From Oikopleura dioica (taxonomy: Eukaryota; Animalia; Chordata), in the NCBI GenBank assembly GCA_907165135.1, contig OU015569.1:3224001-3288000 (forward strand): DNA of 64,000 nt. Reading direction: 5' to 3'. Positions 37,370 through 50,212 of this stretch are shown here, one piece after another. The position numbers and the translations under genes were made by a program. Each line of letters opens with the position of its first letter. Position 1 is the first letter of the stretch. Under the pieces are notes generated by a model, which was not told where the DNA came from, ran no database searches, and saw only the letters and a list, made by a program, of their open reading frames with translations.

Positions 37370-39053
37370 CTTCCGTAAAAGAGTTAGTATCTTCCCTCGT
37401 GATATCCCATCCACCCAAATATATGTTCACTTTACCAAAAGACCACATTACTTGCATTTTTGAAGGTTGAGAACTTTTCTCCCTGCCTTCTTGGCAATCA
37501 TGCTATTATTAAACTTTCCTTTATTCTTTGCGTTACTGCATATTCAATTCCATTTTTCACGTTCTTCCGCCCCAAAAAATGCCAACGTTGGTTAACTTCA
37601 AATTTGGTGTTTTTTGCTGCGATGCTTTCTTCTCGGAGCGTAAAAAATGGACATCATCAACCATCTCTTTTCCTTCTCATCCCTCAACCAGTCTGCTTTC
37701 ATTTTCTACAGCATCGTCGTTCGTGAAACCACAGTAGCAGTAGCAATAAAGATCATTCATGATCACGAGGCATCAGAATTCAAAGCTCCAATGCTTCCTT
37801 AAAAAACGGCGCGTTCTGCACTTCATCAGTCAGAAGTTTTCGTCTATTTAACGCCGACACGAATACCGACCAATTAATTGGTACAACGCCCTTTAATGCC
37901 ATTCCGACACTTTTGGAAATCTGCATATTTACTCATATTTACGTAATGATATGAGTTTAATATGGGGATAAAATTAAAGCTAAGCGTCTGAGAATTATTT
38001 ATCTATATCATTTATACAGTAGACTAATCAGTTTCATTGTGATAAAGGGGTAAAAGGGGCATACCAATTAATTGGTACGATCTGCGTTCAACGTTGAAAA
38101 AATTTTATGCGTTCCGAAATAAATTCTTCTCAAATTGAAGTTTAAAATTTCATTTTTTGGCTGTTACTTAATATAAAAAATATTGCTGACGATTCAAAGT
38201 CCGTTTTTTTCTCTTCTAAGTTATGCTGTTATCTCTCATCAAACTGTTTGCTGAGTATTTCCATTCAATTATTATCGGTGACGGTATTTTGTTTTTTTTT
38301 CCTGTGAGAACTTCCTATTCAAAGTTTGTCCCATTTTTCAGTAAATAAATTTACCTTTCAAAAACAAGGCTCTTCATTTTTTTAATACGAAATGAAGCTA
38401 AGTGTCTTTATTATTCTAGCCTAGGACTTTGAAATTTTTTTCTTGAAATCATAGAAGAGAATCTTGCCTTGCCTCACAAAATTCGCGAAAGAAGGCAAAG
38501 AGAGATCGAGCCGATATTCCTGCCAGACGAAAACTAAAAGGGGCTTTAGGCATGTTTTGATCATTTATATTTTAGTAACTGATAAAACAACAAGACAGCT
38601 AATTTGACAGAAATGATCATTTTATTTCTTTTTGACAGAAAAGATCGCGAATTATGAACGTTGACTGTACAAATATATAATTAAGGGCGGTGTGTGTGTT
38701 TGATGGGCTGATCAATGGAATTAGGGTCGATGGACTAAGGTATCCAACTGATCTGTTTGTAAGTTGCGCTTATCGCAAGGATGGAACTGAGACCTTTAAA
38801 CGCGCTTCCTTCTATGCGAGAAGGCGTCTCCTTCGTATCCTTGGTGTGATAAAGGTGTCGCGGATCTACAGGTGTCTATTCATCCTATAATCACAGAGCA
38901 TCCAGTGAAGAACACTGAAGACTCGAAGAGCGTAGAATGCAAATCACCTTAGATAAATAGACGCTTACTGTACAAGTAGATGAGAGAATGTGTACTTGGC
39001 TGTGTAGAATGGAGAGAAATAAAGAGAGGAGCTTTTGCTCCCATTCGCAGTAT

Positions 39054-41856
39054 TTAAAAATCATGAAGATTGGTCTGTTTGATTCGGCAAAGACACTTTA
39101 GGAGATACTTCTTGGAGAGTGGCTTCACGCGGAACCAACTCATGCGGTCCAGGGTCTTCTGATCGGAAGGCCAGAGGTAGAAGGGTCCCGAGTGTCGGAT
39201 TGCCGGAGGTCTGAAGGAAATAGTGAGCAATGGCGGAATTAATAGCTCGCTATTAGTAGCGAAAGCGCGTGTTGCTGCTATGATGTAAGCTGGTACGCTA
39301 CAGCACCAGCCCGCGCGGTGCGCCTTCTAAAGCGCCAAATGGTGTAGTAGCGATGGAACATTTGTTGAACCATGTTCAATCATTATGCTATTAGGGCGCA
39401 TCTTGGCGCAGGGTGGTGTGGTACCCACCAGCACCGCTTGGCGCATTACAGCACCAATTTAGAAAGCCAGAAGCCGTGGAGGCTTTAATTTTTAGGCTCT
39501 GAACGCGGGGAGTAATTGGCGCGCCGCTGGTAGGCCTAGCAATTTTGCAATCGGCGTGCACATGTGTTTATCTCGCTCTACGAAATTCGCGAGGCTTAAT
39601 TTTTCAGCGTCTAACTGGGCGCATTTTTTTTGGTGGAACGCGTACTAGACCCCTGCGCGCGGTCTAGTGAGCTCTACTCCACCGCCAGCAGTGGTGTTTA
39701 GAACGTCACTGAGACTTGGTGGCGAATGTCACTTGACATGAACCTCTTACCACATAATATTCACTGTTCAATAAGGGGCTTTACCTCTTTTCTAGGTAGT
39801 AGTCGAGAATTCGGACGGGGCATCGTTCTGGCTTCGCCAGGTTGGGAACAATCTCGCCACGCTTTGCATTGCCACGCGAATCTTTGTAGCGGTATATCTC
39901 TAGCAACTGAGTTGGGTTGCTTGGGTTGAAAATTTTCACTTTCTCAAAGTCGGACATCTCCATATCACTAGAAACAAAGAGTTAATAAATCTTGCACGTT
40001 CACATTTTCGAGTTTCGATTTTTGGGTTTGTGATTTGATTGTTTTGACGAATAAACAAACCGATGAGCCTGGGATGAACGAATTTTTAGATGCTTGACGA
40101 TGATCATAACGAGCGTCTGCGTAAGAGCCTCAGGCGAGTGGTAACCAAGTTCTCCTGATTGCCAGAGCGTTTCTTCATCTGATCTTGGAGTTGGCTGTAT
40201 CACAACTGTTTTCACGGAACAGTCCATCGCCTCATTCATGGCCTTAATTTTGTGTAAAAATACCAAAGACGTCAAAGGAAAAAAACATATTCGTCGATTT
40301 TTGATACAATACCTCGAGAAAAACAACAAATTTCTCATTTCGAAGAATATCAACTTGTCGACCAGTCTCCTTGAGAACTTTTTGGAGAGAAAATGCAAAC
40401 GCAGTGATGCTATCGATTTGGTAGGCTTCTCCGGAGTCTTTTCGAATCTCTCTGATGAAGTTGCTCATCCATCTAAATTATATGTTAGTTTTGTCAATTT
40501 CATTTCAGTGATAACAAAATATAATTTCTTCGTTTCAGTTTTCCTAAATATAAATTTTAGCTTACTTGACAAGGTCCTCAGTGTTATCCAAAGTCAAGAA
40601 GTCTTGTGGCGCTTGATCGTTGATGTCTGATTTGATAGTCAAACCAGGCAAATTACCGGCGTTTCTCTTCTTAGCCCATGACTCCCACTTTCTAAGGGTC
40701 CATCGGCACTGCTTGCAAGTAATCTGTGTTTTGCCATTCTGATCCTTAGTGATGACTCCTGTGCCGACGCCGCTAAACTGCGCTGGACCGATTTCTGCAT
40801 CCGGCTCGATATCGAGATTGTCTCCTGGTGGGAGATCGTCTTCATCTTCATCAGCATCACCCTCGACGTCAATGTCAAATTCGCCGTTCTCGCGTGCAGC
40901 TCGTTTTCTCTTTAGTTTTTCCATTCGCTTGATGATCCACTGCGGCTTTATTTGATGTGTTGGCGCCGGAGTTTCAATAACAGTGTTGGCAGCGTTAGGG
41001 TCAATGATACCCGCTTCATGTTCGGAGCTAGAATCTCCATTTCCTGACTCATGACCGGAATCGCTCTGGTGCGATGGAACTCGTCCGTCCATGCCCGGGA
41101 TCTTCTCTTTGATTTGGTTTTGCTGCGCTCGAAGAAGAATCGAGTACATCGCATCGCTCCAGTATCTATTGACGGGCTGGTTCTGGCCGACCATACCTGG
41201 TCTCAATCCTGGTGGAATTTGCACCTGATTTTGTGCCTGTTGAGCCTGCTGTTGCTGATACTGATGATATTGGTTGTTAACCATTTGTTCGTGAGCTTGC
41301 TGTTGAAGCCGGTTGAAATACAAATTCTGCTGAATGTTTTGTTGGAGTTGGAATACAGCTGGCTGTTGTTGGGAAAGTGCTTGTACTTCTTCTTTTGCTT
41401 CAGAAGCTGAGGAGCTGGCGAGGATATCGGATATTCCGTGCTTGACCCTCTTCGAGTTTGATGATGGTTCTGACTTGCTGGAGCATTCGGAATCCATAGA
41501 GCGCTTTCGGGAATCTTCATCTGTTGTGGCAGGGAAGAAGAGCCAGGCTCAAGCTTGATGCCAAGCTCATCTGTGAACTCTTCGATGACCTTTTCAATCT
41601 CGCCCTGTCTCTCCTTGATGTACATAGCTGTTTTTCGAACAACTTGTTGAAGATGGCGCATTTCTCTAACAACGCGGTCTGCCGTTTCAGCGAATTTCGG
41701 ATGCGAGCGCGCCTGCATCAGCTCCAGAGGCATTATCTGTCGTTTGTTGAGCTCATTGGTGAACGCCTGGTAGACATCCTGGTCTTCCTGCTCACAGGAT
41801 GAATTGTGAAAGTTGAGCATTTGCTCAGTGGCTACTGTTAACGTCTCCAGCTTGAC
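39054..41856 (-). CDS. Crypton tyrosine-recombinase-derived DUF3504 protein (ZMYM/QRICH1/KCTD1-like) with Gln-rich N-terminal region; 5' exon(s) lie further upstream
   Basis: LSNFIREIRKDSGEAY, EETLWQSGELGYHSPEAL, IRSSQAH, PERCPVRILDYYLEKR|P and GPFYLWP...WFRVKP. Q-rich and acidic segments lie at 40560-41500. There is a 41-nt GC-AG intron at 41521-41561. Confidence 0.82.
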
Positions 41857-43941
41857 TGATTTTTAAAAAAAGGTAGTATAAAAATGGTCTCTAGAATTTT
41901 AGATTATATTACTTCTCTATTTTCGAAAAATATTTTATGTTCTGATGGTCGAATTCAGAGAAATATGCTTCTGAGAAGGTTTGCGCGCTCCGCGCAGATG
42001 CGCGTTTAGAAACAACGCCACCTAGCCAGTCTTCTTGATTGAGCGCCGCGCGCCATCGCGTAACGCGGTACTTGGTGCTGATGTAATTGTAAAGGACTCT
42101 ATTTAGAAGACATTTCTCTACATGCCATTTTCCCTCGGCAATAAGAATATTTGCAAGGAATTCAAGGAATTCAAATTTTAAAGGACCGACCGTTCTTTTT
42201 GACGATTTTCGGGGATCAATTTTTGACTTTTGAAAATTTTCTTTGCCTGTTCTCACGAAATTAAATGACGACTCCAATCAAAATTTGCCCCATTTTTCGT
42301 GTGGGACGCAGTATTGAACCCCTTTAGATATCATCACAATTCTTATCTGGTAACCTTTATACAAGTCTAAACTATATTTCGAGCAATTATTACCTAACGT
42401 CATGAAATCCATAAAAAGAGCGGGATCATTTTTTTTCTTTCTGGTTCCCTTCGGCTATTATCTGGCTAAATAATTGGCCAAAAATATTTTTAAAATCTTA
42501 AAGGTATTAACCCAAAACCGATGTTTGAGAAAGTCATTCCAATATGAGGGGGGAGGGCGTTTCATAATTCCTTTATTATGGAAAGTAAAGAAAATCTATG
42601 TCATCAATAACTTTTAAGGTTTCCTTATTAATTTTCATGAGCAGTTATTTTTGCATGACGATTTTTGCCATTTTATGTGAGAGATTCAACTGTTTTCTGT
42701 TTTATTTTCGGATATGATACGTACACTGGTTAGGTTACACTGATACAGGCATATGGTTAGGGAAAGGGTTACAGAGAAGCTAGGCTACGAGAAAATGTTG
42801 TCATATTATGCATTCGTATGAAAAATAAAATGTTAAAGTAATAATGAGTTATCTTGTGTACGGTTCACTGAATTAATCGCTTCTCGTTTTAGAAAGGCAA
42901 AAAGTTATGTCACTAAGGAGAGGCCGCAGCACCACCAAGATGTTACTACACCATGAGACACCACACTAGCTAGGGCTACGTTCACTTCGTGAATTATTTG
43001 GCAATCCGTCGAACACCTCCTCCACGCTGTCTTCTTACGATTTTGCCTTTTTAAACGAGCCGCCATAGTAATAATCATCATAACCTATCAAATAAATTCC
43101 ATTTTAGAATAAGATAAAAGCAACTCTAGTGTGCAAAAATTCTATTCGATTTTTCAATAGAGCAAGTATTAGTAATTGACTTTTACTAAAAGTCGCCGAC
43201 AATAATCGCAAAGAAGTATGTTACATACAGCTTCAGCTCAAGTATCATGTAGAGCTTATATGAAACTACTTTGGTAGAACTATTATTTTTACAATTTGTT
43301 GAAAGACCTGAAAATTGTGAGTTAAATCGAATCCCATAAAAGATTATCTTCATTAGTATGCATAATTACGAAAATTGTATTTTAATCTGAGAGAACTCAA
43401 ATTTTTGAATAAAACACTATCTTCGAGAGGGTGCGGAGCAGATGCGATGAATTTCCACATCGTAATCGCTATAATCAGCATCAATCTTTCATTTCAATCT
43501 AATAAGACTCTCATTCTATGATATTTCAAGCTTTGGCTTGTGATCGTTCGGTTTTGGATATTACGGTAGCCGCTAGAAATATTCGAAACGCATTTGGCCC
43601 GCCGCCAACTTCTGACATTTTCCTTGAATCGCTGCCAATTTTCTCGGAAAAAAGGGATACCACCCTTATCGCTTTACTTTGCGATAGCTGCAGGGAAAAA
43701 CATTTGAAATTTTGAAAGTAATTAAATAATTTTTATTATCATTGTGCGAAGTCTTCTTATTACATTAATAGAACAAAAATAAATTAAATATATCAACTTT
43801 TATTAAATAAAATTCGTTTCTGTTCAAATAATTATTGGTTTATTGGGATTTCTAGAGCAAGATAACGAGAATTAAAAGATTGACTTTTCCCAGCGTGGGA
43901 ATTTAATTCAAAGAAGAGCGAAACCTGAAGATAATCAGTGA

Positions 43942-45580
43942 TCACATTAGAGAACATTTATTAGATGTTTCTCTCTTTATTTTGTAAAGAGAGCAATCCC
44001 TGCCTCCGATGAACATGAGACCGCTTTCTTTCGAATGCGAATACTGGACGATATGCAGCGGGATCCATTCAATGGTTGGTTTGCTGCTCGGTGAAAAAAT
44101 AACTTTGCGACTAGAACAAAATCGGTTAGAGAATATTTTGAGGCTTAAATTTACCTCGGCGACAAGTCACACTCTTTTTTGACATTTTTAAGTTCTGTCT
44201 GAACAATTTTTAATAGTTTTTGTTTGTTCTCGCTTTCTGGTAGGTCTTGAAGCGGGCTCACAAAGAGGGGACGGCAGTTGCTCAGCCAGCCAGTGAGTTG
44301 AGATGTAAATGGCGGATAGTCCCTGAAGATGTTTGGCGCTTTTCGAAGAACATGCTCTTTGCGAGCTATTGTGAACTTTTTGTAAACTCCGTCAGTGCAG
44401 TTTTTGCATCGAACCTGGACGCCACCGCACGTCATGCACTAAGTAAGACAATTTTTATGTCAGTCAGATATCGTAATAAACTATCACTTCGATAGAAAGG
44501 TACAGTTCGTCTTCAAGGCTCAAAGTACAATTTTTTAGATTCTACTTATCCTCTTTACCTCAACTTCTCCGTCTCCACCGCAATTATCACAATCGCCGCA
44601 ATCAGCTTCTTTCATATGAACTCCATTTGACACCTCAGTACCAATTTCGTATCCTTCATTCTCCTGCTCCTCGTGTCCATCGCCCATGTCAAACTCGACA
44701 TCATCACAAAGCGAGACTTCGTCCTTTTAGCAGGATCAACTTTCAATCTTCGCGAGCGCTCTCGTGATGTTACAGCTTAATTAATTTTATTTTTGTTGGA
44801 ACGTTCCAAAGTTGACCGTTTCCTGACAGGCCATGTCGCCCATTCCGCCGCACTGTGGACATTCAACGACGCCGTCTCCGCCGCATCTCGCGCAATCGTC
44901 TAAAGCGCTCCCAAGACAGTTTTCACAGCTCATATTTGCCAATGCAGAAGGTAGATTTTCTATGCAATAATTTTTAATTTTGTATTTATTATAAAAAATA
45001 GTCAGGGTTAGGGTAAGGTTAAGCTACTTAGGGCTATGGTTAGTTTCAATTAACATTGTGTAAAAATTAACCTTGAACAGTAGAATTCGGACGAATATAT
45101 TTTGTGCTTCGATGTTTCCAAATAACTTCTTCAATTTCTTTCTCAATAGCTTCCGTGCCGCGTCTTCCGAGCATTCTCGTCTCTATTGTAACTGATATCT
45201 GTTAGGATCATTAATGTCATTTTTTCATACTATTTAAATGAAGAATCCCTACTAATTGGTAAAACGGCCCACTTAGCGAGCAGCTCATCGCGATTTTTCG
45301 ATATTTCTTCTTCTTGGATTTTGCGATCATAATATTTTTTATATCTTCAATTTTAAAACAATTGTATTGGCGGCATATCAGCGGCTGTTCTTCCTCTCGA
45401 AGAAGAGGAATCATCAAGTGTCCTATATCGCCTGTAAAAAGTCTCTATTAGAGCCTCTTATCAAAAGTTACCTTTGTTAGTATGGTTGATGGTCACTATT
45501 GAACACTTTTTAGGCTCCTCTGTGCGCTCCACGGGAAGTAACTCCTCATCGATCAAAGACAAAACATCCTCGCTCCTTGA
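43942..45580 (-). CDS. SSUH2: SSUH2-like CxxCxGxG zinc-finger repeat protein, multi-exon (start uncertain)
   Basis: CENCLGS, CARCGGDG, CPQCGGMG, CDNCGGDG and CMTCGG repeats. The C-terminal exon PTIEWIPLHIVQY...FIGGRD...KCSLM* parallels the SSUH2 C-terminus. Confidence 0.75.
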
Positions 45581-45719
45581 ATTTCATTTAAATAATTATT
45601 CTCTATGCAATATTAATCAATTCCTTGGAAGTAATGAATAAACTTTCACAGACCGTTTTGAGGCAAGTCTGTTAAAGTACGCGGATTCTTAAAGTTTCAT
45701 AACAAAGGCTCACTAGTCA

Positions 45720-46206
45720 CTTGGATATTTTTTGTTTTCGTAAAGGTCAGAATAGTATCTTACCCTTTGAGCAAAACAAAATCTGGAAATACTTTGACAT
45801 CGCTCTGGCCACTCGTCTCAGTGAAATCTAGCGGACGGCCTAGCCGCTCAAGCTTTTGAAGGTTAAGTGATATTTTTGTTATAAAAGTCTACCTGTGAGA
45901 TGTTTCCATTCTCTTCTTTTCGCTTTTGCAAAAGATTGAAAGCGATTTTCCATCGATTTTGATTTCGGTAAAAATCGCTTGTTTTTGAAATCTTTCTTGT
46001 CTCATCTGGACTTCTTCTTTCGGAAAAATAACTAAGGGACTCCGACTTGAGACTCTCTTCCTTGATTTCAAATATATTTGGTTTTGTTTAGAAGCATACG
46101 GTATGCTGCATACCTCTTTCTTTTCTTCTTCTCTTTTATTATCGGCATTTTTAATAAGAACAAATGCTCTCTGCCATTTTTTTCCAACTTTAATTGACAT
46201 TATCAC
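45720..46206 (-). CDS. Possible exons of a PH-like hypothetical gene
   Basis: ORF 45889-46206 (KKWQRAFVLIK) with a donor site, followed by an exon LERLGRPLDF.... The gene model is incomplete. Confidence 0.3.
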
Positions 46207-46473
46207 AGCTTCAAAAATTCATTAATTTCGGATGCTTCATTCGATAGAATCATTTTCAACAAGTCGAATGTGTTGAATATTGGCCTCGCCATAAAAATGA
46301 ATGATTTGAAGGAAAATCTACATTTACGATCCTCTTCCCTTATCCGTCTCAAAAGCTCTGTCACGCACGTTTTATCTTTCAGAATAATTCATTGCCGAGT
46401 TGACGATGACGAGACAATACCGACCATTTGAACAATTACTTCCTTGGCTCGAAAATAAGGATGTTACTACGTA

Positions 46474-46604
46474 CCGAGTATTTCAGACTCCAAACCCGAG
46501 AAGCGCTGCCACTAAGGCTTTCCAGAGCTTTGATTGGCTGACCAGCAAATTGGATTTTCAAAAGTCGACGTATATGTCTCGGGGCAAACGCTTGAAATAC
46601 TCGG
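46474..46604. mobile_element. 131-bp MITE with TA TSD
   Basis: TA|CCGAGTATTTCA...TGAAATACTCGG|TA, a perfect 12-bp TIR. Confidence 0.65.
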
Positions 46605-47564
46605 TATATCATTTTCAAGGATGATTTTTTCAAAAAAGTGACATTGGTATTGAAAAGGACATGTTTAATCGATCAAAATTATTATAGTGACACCCTTATT
46701 TTACTGAATTATATAAAAATATTTGCTCCTAATAAAAACTCCGAACATTTATTATTTTAACCTAACTGAAATCAACAAGGAGTTCTATCAAAAATCCTTA
46801 AGTTTAATTTTTCAAAGGAAAACAAGAGAGTAAATCTTCGAAATTTGAAATCATGTTTTTCAAATAAACTCTAATCAAATAATCTGATGGGGTCGTCCGC
46901 ATTGCCAAGGATTCAATATGGTCTATACTCTCGGTAGGTGAAGGCGCCAAGCCGAGGCAGGGAGATGCAACGTGACCACCGCCAAGTGCTAACTCTCGCA
47001 GAGGCAGAACCTCGGCCCAACTCGACAGCGGCGAGGCTACTCTCGGCGTGTGATGGCTGAGTTGATGTGCAAACATAATGAGCGAGTTGGGCTGCTTAAT
47101 CAAATCAAGCTCGACCCCCGGATGAGCTGCATACATGTATTTGGAGATATGGAGGGAAAAAATTTGAATTGGCTAAAAGTTTCCCTTGTAGGGTTTTCTG
47201 ATGCGAGGAATCCGAGTCTGATGTCAAAAACTCTTTATGTCTAGTTTTAACAGGGTAGTAATATTAGCGAAATTTTCTGCCAAAAGTAGAAAAGCCCTCC
47301 AGGATCCAGAAAATGGAACTTTTTATTTTTGATTTGTCAAAATTTCAATTCTCTATATCTTTTTTAAAGATTTACTCCTTTGTTAAATCACCCCTTATTT
47401 ATAAGGACTCTCCAGTGCTAACAACATACTCTGAAAGATAGGGTTACACTTTTTCAACAAAAGATTGTCAGTGTTGACCTCTCATAATGATTGATTCGTA
47501 ATATATTTGGGGTACGCGTTTCGGCGACTATTGTGCTTTCATCAGCCCCTAGTACAGATATTAA

Positions 47565-48312
47565 GGGTAATGGTATACATCGGCGCGGCGCTGCTCTCTC
47601 GATCCGCGCTCCGCCAGAACCTATTTCTCACGGAGCCGTAAAATCTGAACGGATAAAGATTTTCAAAATTCAAAAAGATTCTGAATAAATAAAAAGTCTT
47701 TTCTACAAACACAGCGAAATTGGTAATGATTGTCAAAGAAAAACTATCTGAAAATTGCCAGTTTCCTTCCAATGACATTTTCTTCGATATTACTCATCCA
47801 AAATTTTTGAAAATTATACTTTCTTGTAGAAAATCGTCAGCTCTACAGGTCCTGTTTTTCAGATTTTTGTTTTAAGATCTTTGGATTTTAATATGCGCCC
47901 TTGAAGTCAGCGCTGCGAGGTCGTGGCGTGAGAAATAGAAAGCGGAGAGGCGCGAGAAGAAGTAGCGCTCTTTACAAATTGCGATGTAAAATTTATAAAA
48001 GCTTCAAACAAAAATCTTAAAAACAGGATTTGTAGAGCTGACAATTCTTTACAAGACAGTGTAATTTTCAAAAATTTTGGATGAGAAATATCGAAGAAAA
48101 TGTCATTTGAAGGAAACTGGCAATTTTCAGATAGTTCCTCTTTGACAATCATTACAAATTTTGCTGTGCTAGTAGAAAAGACTTTAATTATTCAGAATCT
48201 TTTTGAATTTTGAAAAAATTTTATCCGTTAAGATTTTACGGCTCCGTGAGAAATAGGTTCTGGCGGAGCGCGGATCGAGAGAGCAGCGCCGCGCCGATGT
48301 ATACCATTACCC
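47565..48312. mobile_element. 748-bp palindromic TTAA element (Kolobok-like), copy A
   Basis: TTAA|GGGTAATGGTATACATCGGCGCGG...CCGCGCCGATGTATACCATTACCC|TTAA. Inverted arms of about 305 bp around a GC-rich spacer. Confidence 0.88.
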
Positions 48313-48322
48313 TTAATTTCAC

Positions 48323-49537
48323 GAGAGGTTAGATTTTCCGTAAATTAGATTTTCCGTATATATTAGATTTTTCCGTGGGATTGGATTTTCCGTGAGTTAC
48401 GGAAAATCTAATATACGGAAAATCTAACATACGGAAAATCGAACATTATCTTAATAGCCTTATCTTTAAAAACACTTAAATATACTGTGTAACATTGAAA
48501 TAAATAAAAAATTCTTCAAAGATGACATAGTTTGCGGTTCTTGTTTGTTCAAATACTGCATCGACCAAAATTGGGTTATTGGTAGGGAAATCACTAATAA
48601 TTAAGCTTATTTTCTAGCTTCGAAAGGTGAGATTATAAATTATAATTTATAATAAAGATTTAGAATCCTCAGAATCTTGGGATCATTTTAAGTATTGATA
48701 GTAGTAGAGTTTTATATAGGAGAGTTGACCCCCTCGTACCCTGAGGGCATTTAGGCACCTCCGAAGTCCCATAATCCGGCAAACTTCAGAAATTTGAATT
48801 TTCGAACGCCCAGACCGCCCTTTTAGAGCGAGCGGCTGTGCTAGAATTGTAGCCCGGACTCTGACGGTCATTTCTAGGGGTCGAAAAGTACTGAGGCCCC
48901 CTTTTCTGGGGCGCTAGAGACCTCCGAAATTGGGGAAGTCGACCGAAAATAGGTACTTTTTCGAAAAATATACTTATTTTCTTCACTGATGCTTGATATG
49001 AGTTCCGATCTACTTTTTAAGGTAGCTGACACAATTTGGGGTCATCTGAGGTCACTTGAGGTGAAGATTATAAAAATAATTAAAAGCTGAATTTGTGACC
49101 TCAAGTGACCTCAGATGACCCCAAATTGTGTCAGCTACCTTAAAAAGTAAATCGGAACTCATATCAAGCGTTTTGGAAGCATCAGTGAAGAAAAATAAGT
49201 ACTTTTTCGAAAAAGTACCTATTTTCGGTCAACTTTCCCAACTTCCGACTAGAATGCGAGAATCAGCGCTACAAATGCAAAACAAAAACCTGGATTTATG
49301 CTGCTTGCCCAAATGTAGAAGATCCAAGATTCTTTGAACAAATGAATTGGCAAAACTGTACATTCAGTAATTTTTAATCAAATACTTTTCCTTCAAAGAT
49401 TCGAATTTCCGTAGATTCGATTTTCCGTGACTCACGGAAAAACTCCGTGAGATTAGATTTTCCGTGAGTTACGGAAAATCTAATATACGAAAAATCTAAC
49501 ATACGGAAAATCTAATTTACGGAAAATCTAACCTCTC
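48323..49537. mobile_element. 1215-bp foldback/MULE-like element with 9-bp TSD and an internal hairpin
   Basis: TSD TAATTTCAC at 48314-48322 and 49538-49546. TIR GAGAGGTTAGATTTTCCGTA with tandem AGATTTTCCGT units. Internal inverted repeat at ~48923-49248. Confidence 0.88.
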
Positions 49538-50059
49538 TAATTTCACAGCTCAGAAAAAGAAAGAATACTCTCACCTAGAGTTGGACAATTTCGAATGAGA
49601 TAGAAAGTTGAAAACAAAAGATAAAAACTCGCTTTCGCGGCAGATGTAATGGAGCGCCAGAGAAAGCGAGTTTCAAGCTTGTTCAGCTGTGAAATTTATA
49701 TCTGTACTAGGGGCTGATGAAGGGACAATGGTCGCCGAAACGCGTACCCCAAATAAATCACGAATTTTCAACAAAAGCTTAAAAAACGTGATTGAAAATT
49801 GGCTTTCTTTATATTTTGCCGCAAAAATATACTTTGAAAAAATTTTGCAGCCCCATTTTTTCTTTGATGACCCAATTTAAGGGACTTTTTCGAAAATTTT
49901 GGAGCAAAAAAGTCCCTTATTTTGGACTCCGACTGTATCAGGAAATTGAACCTGGCTTTTTCAATCATTTCAACGCGAAGATTTCTGTCAGCTTCAAAAG
50001 AGTCAGATTCAAACTGAGGAATGTTAGGCTTGATTAGTTCATGATTGGCTTAATTTTGT

Positions 50060-50212
50060 GGTTAGGGTTAGGGGGCACCTCGCAAAATGACAGAACAGTT
50101 TCAACCGAGGGGGATAGGCGAGGGGTTAACCCTAAGGGGGTAACCCCAAGTAACCCTAGACTAGACCCCGGCATTAAAGGACCTAAGGGGCGAAGCCCCG
50201 TGGTAAGGGGCA
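50060..50212 (+). repeat. Solo partial copy of the inner arm of the 17185-18221 element, with TTAGGG-like motifs
   Basis: Shares GGTTAGGGGGCAC..GCAAAATGACAGAACA, GTAACCCTAGACTAGACCCCGG and GGACCTAAGGGGCGAAGCCCCGTGGTAAGGGGCA with ~17428-17546. Confidence 0.85.

Noticed and set aside
39280-39510. C/D box snoRNA
   Set aside because: Only an imperfect C box (ATGATGT), with no terminal stem or recognisable rRNA guide.
39054-41856. Active Crypton transposon
   Set aside because: No catalytic HxxR/Tyr region before the stop, no terminal repeats, and a host-like Q-rich N-terminus.
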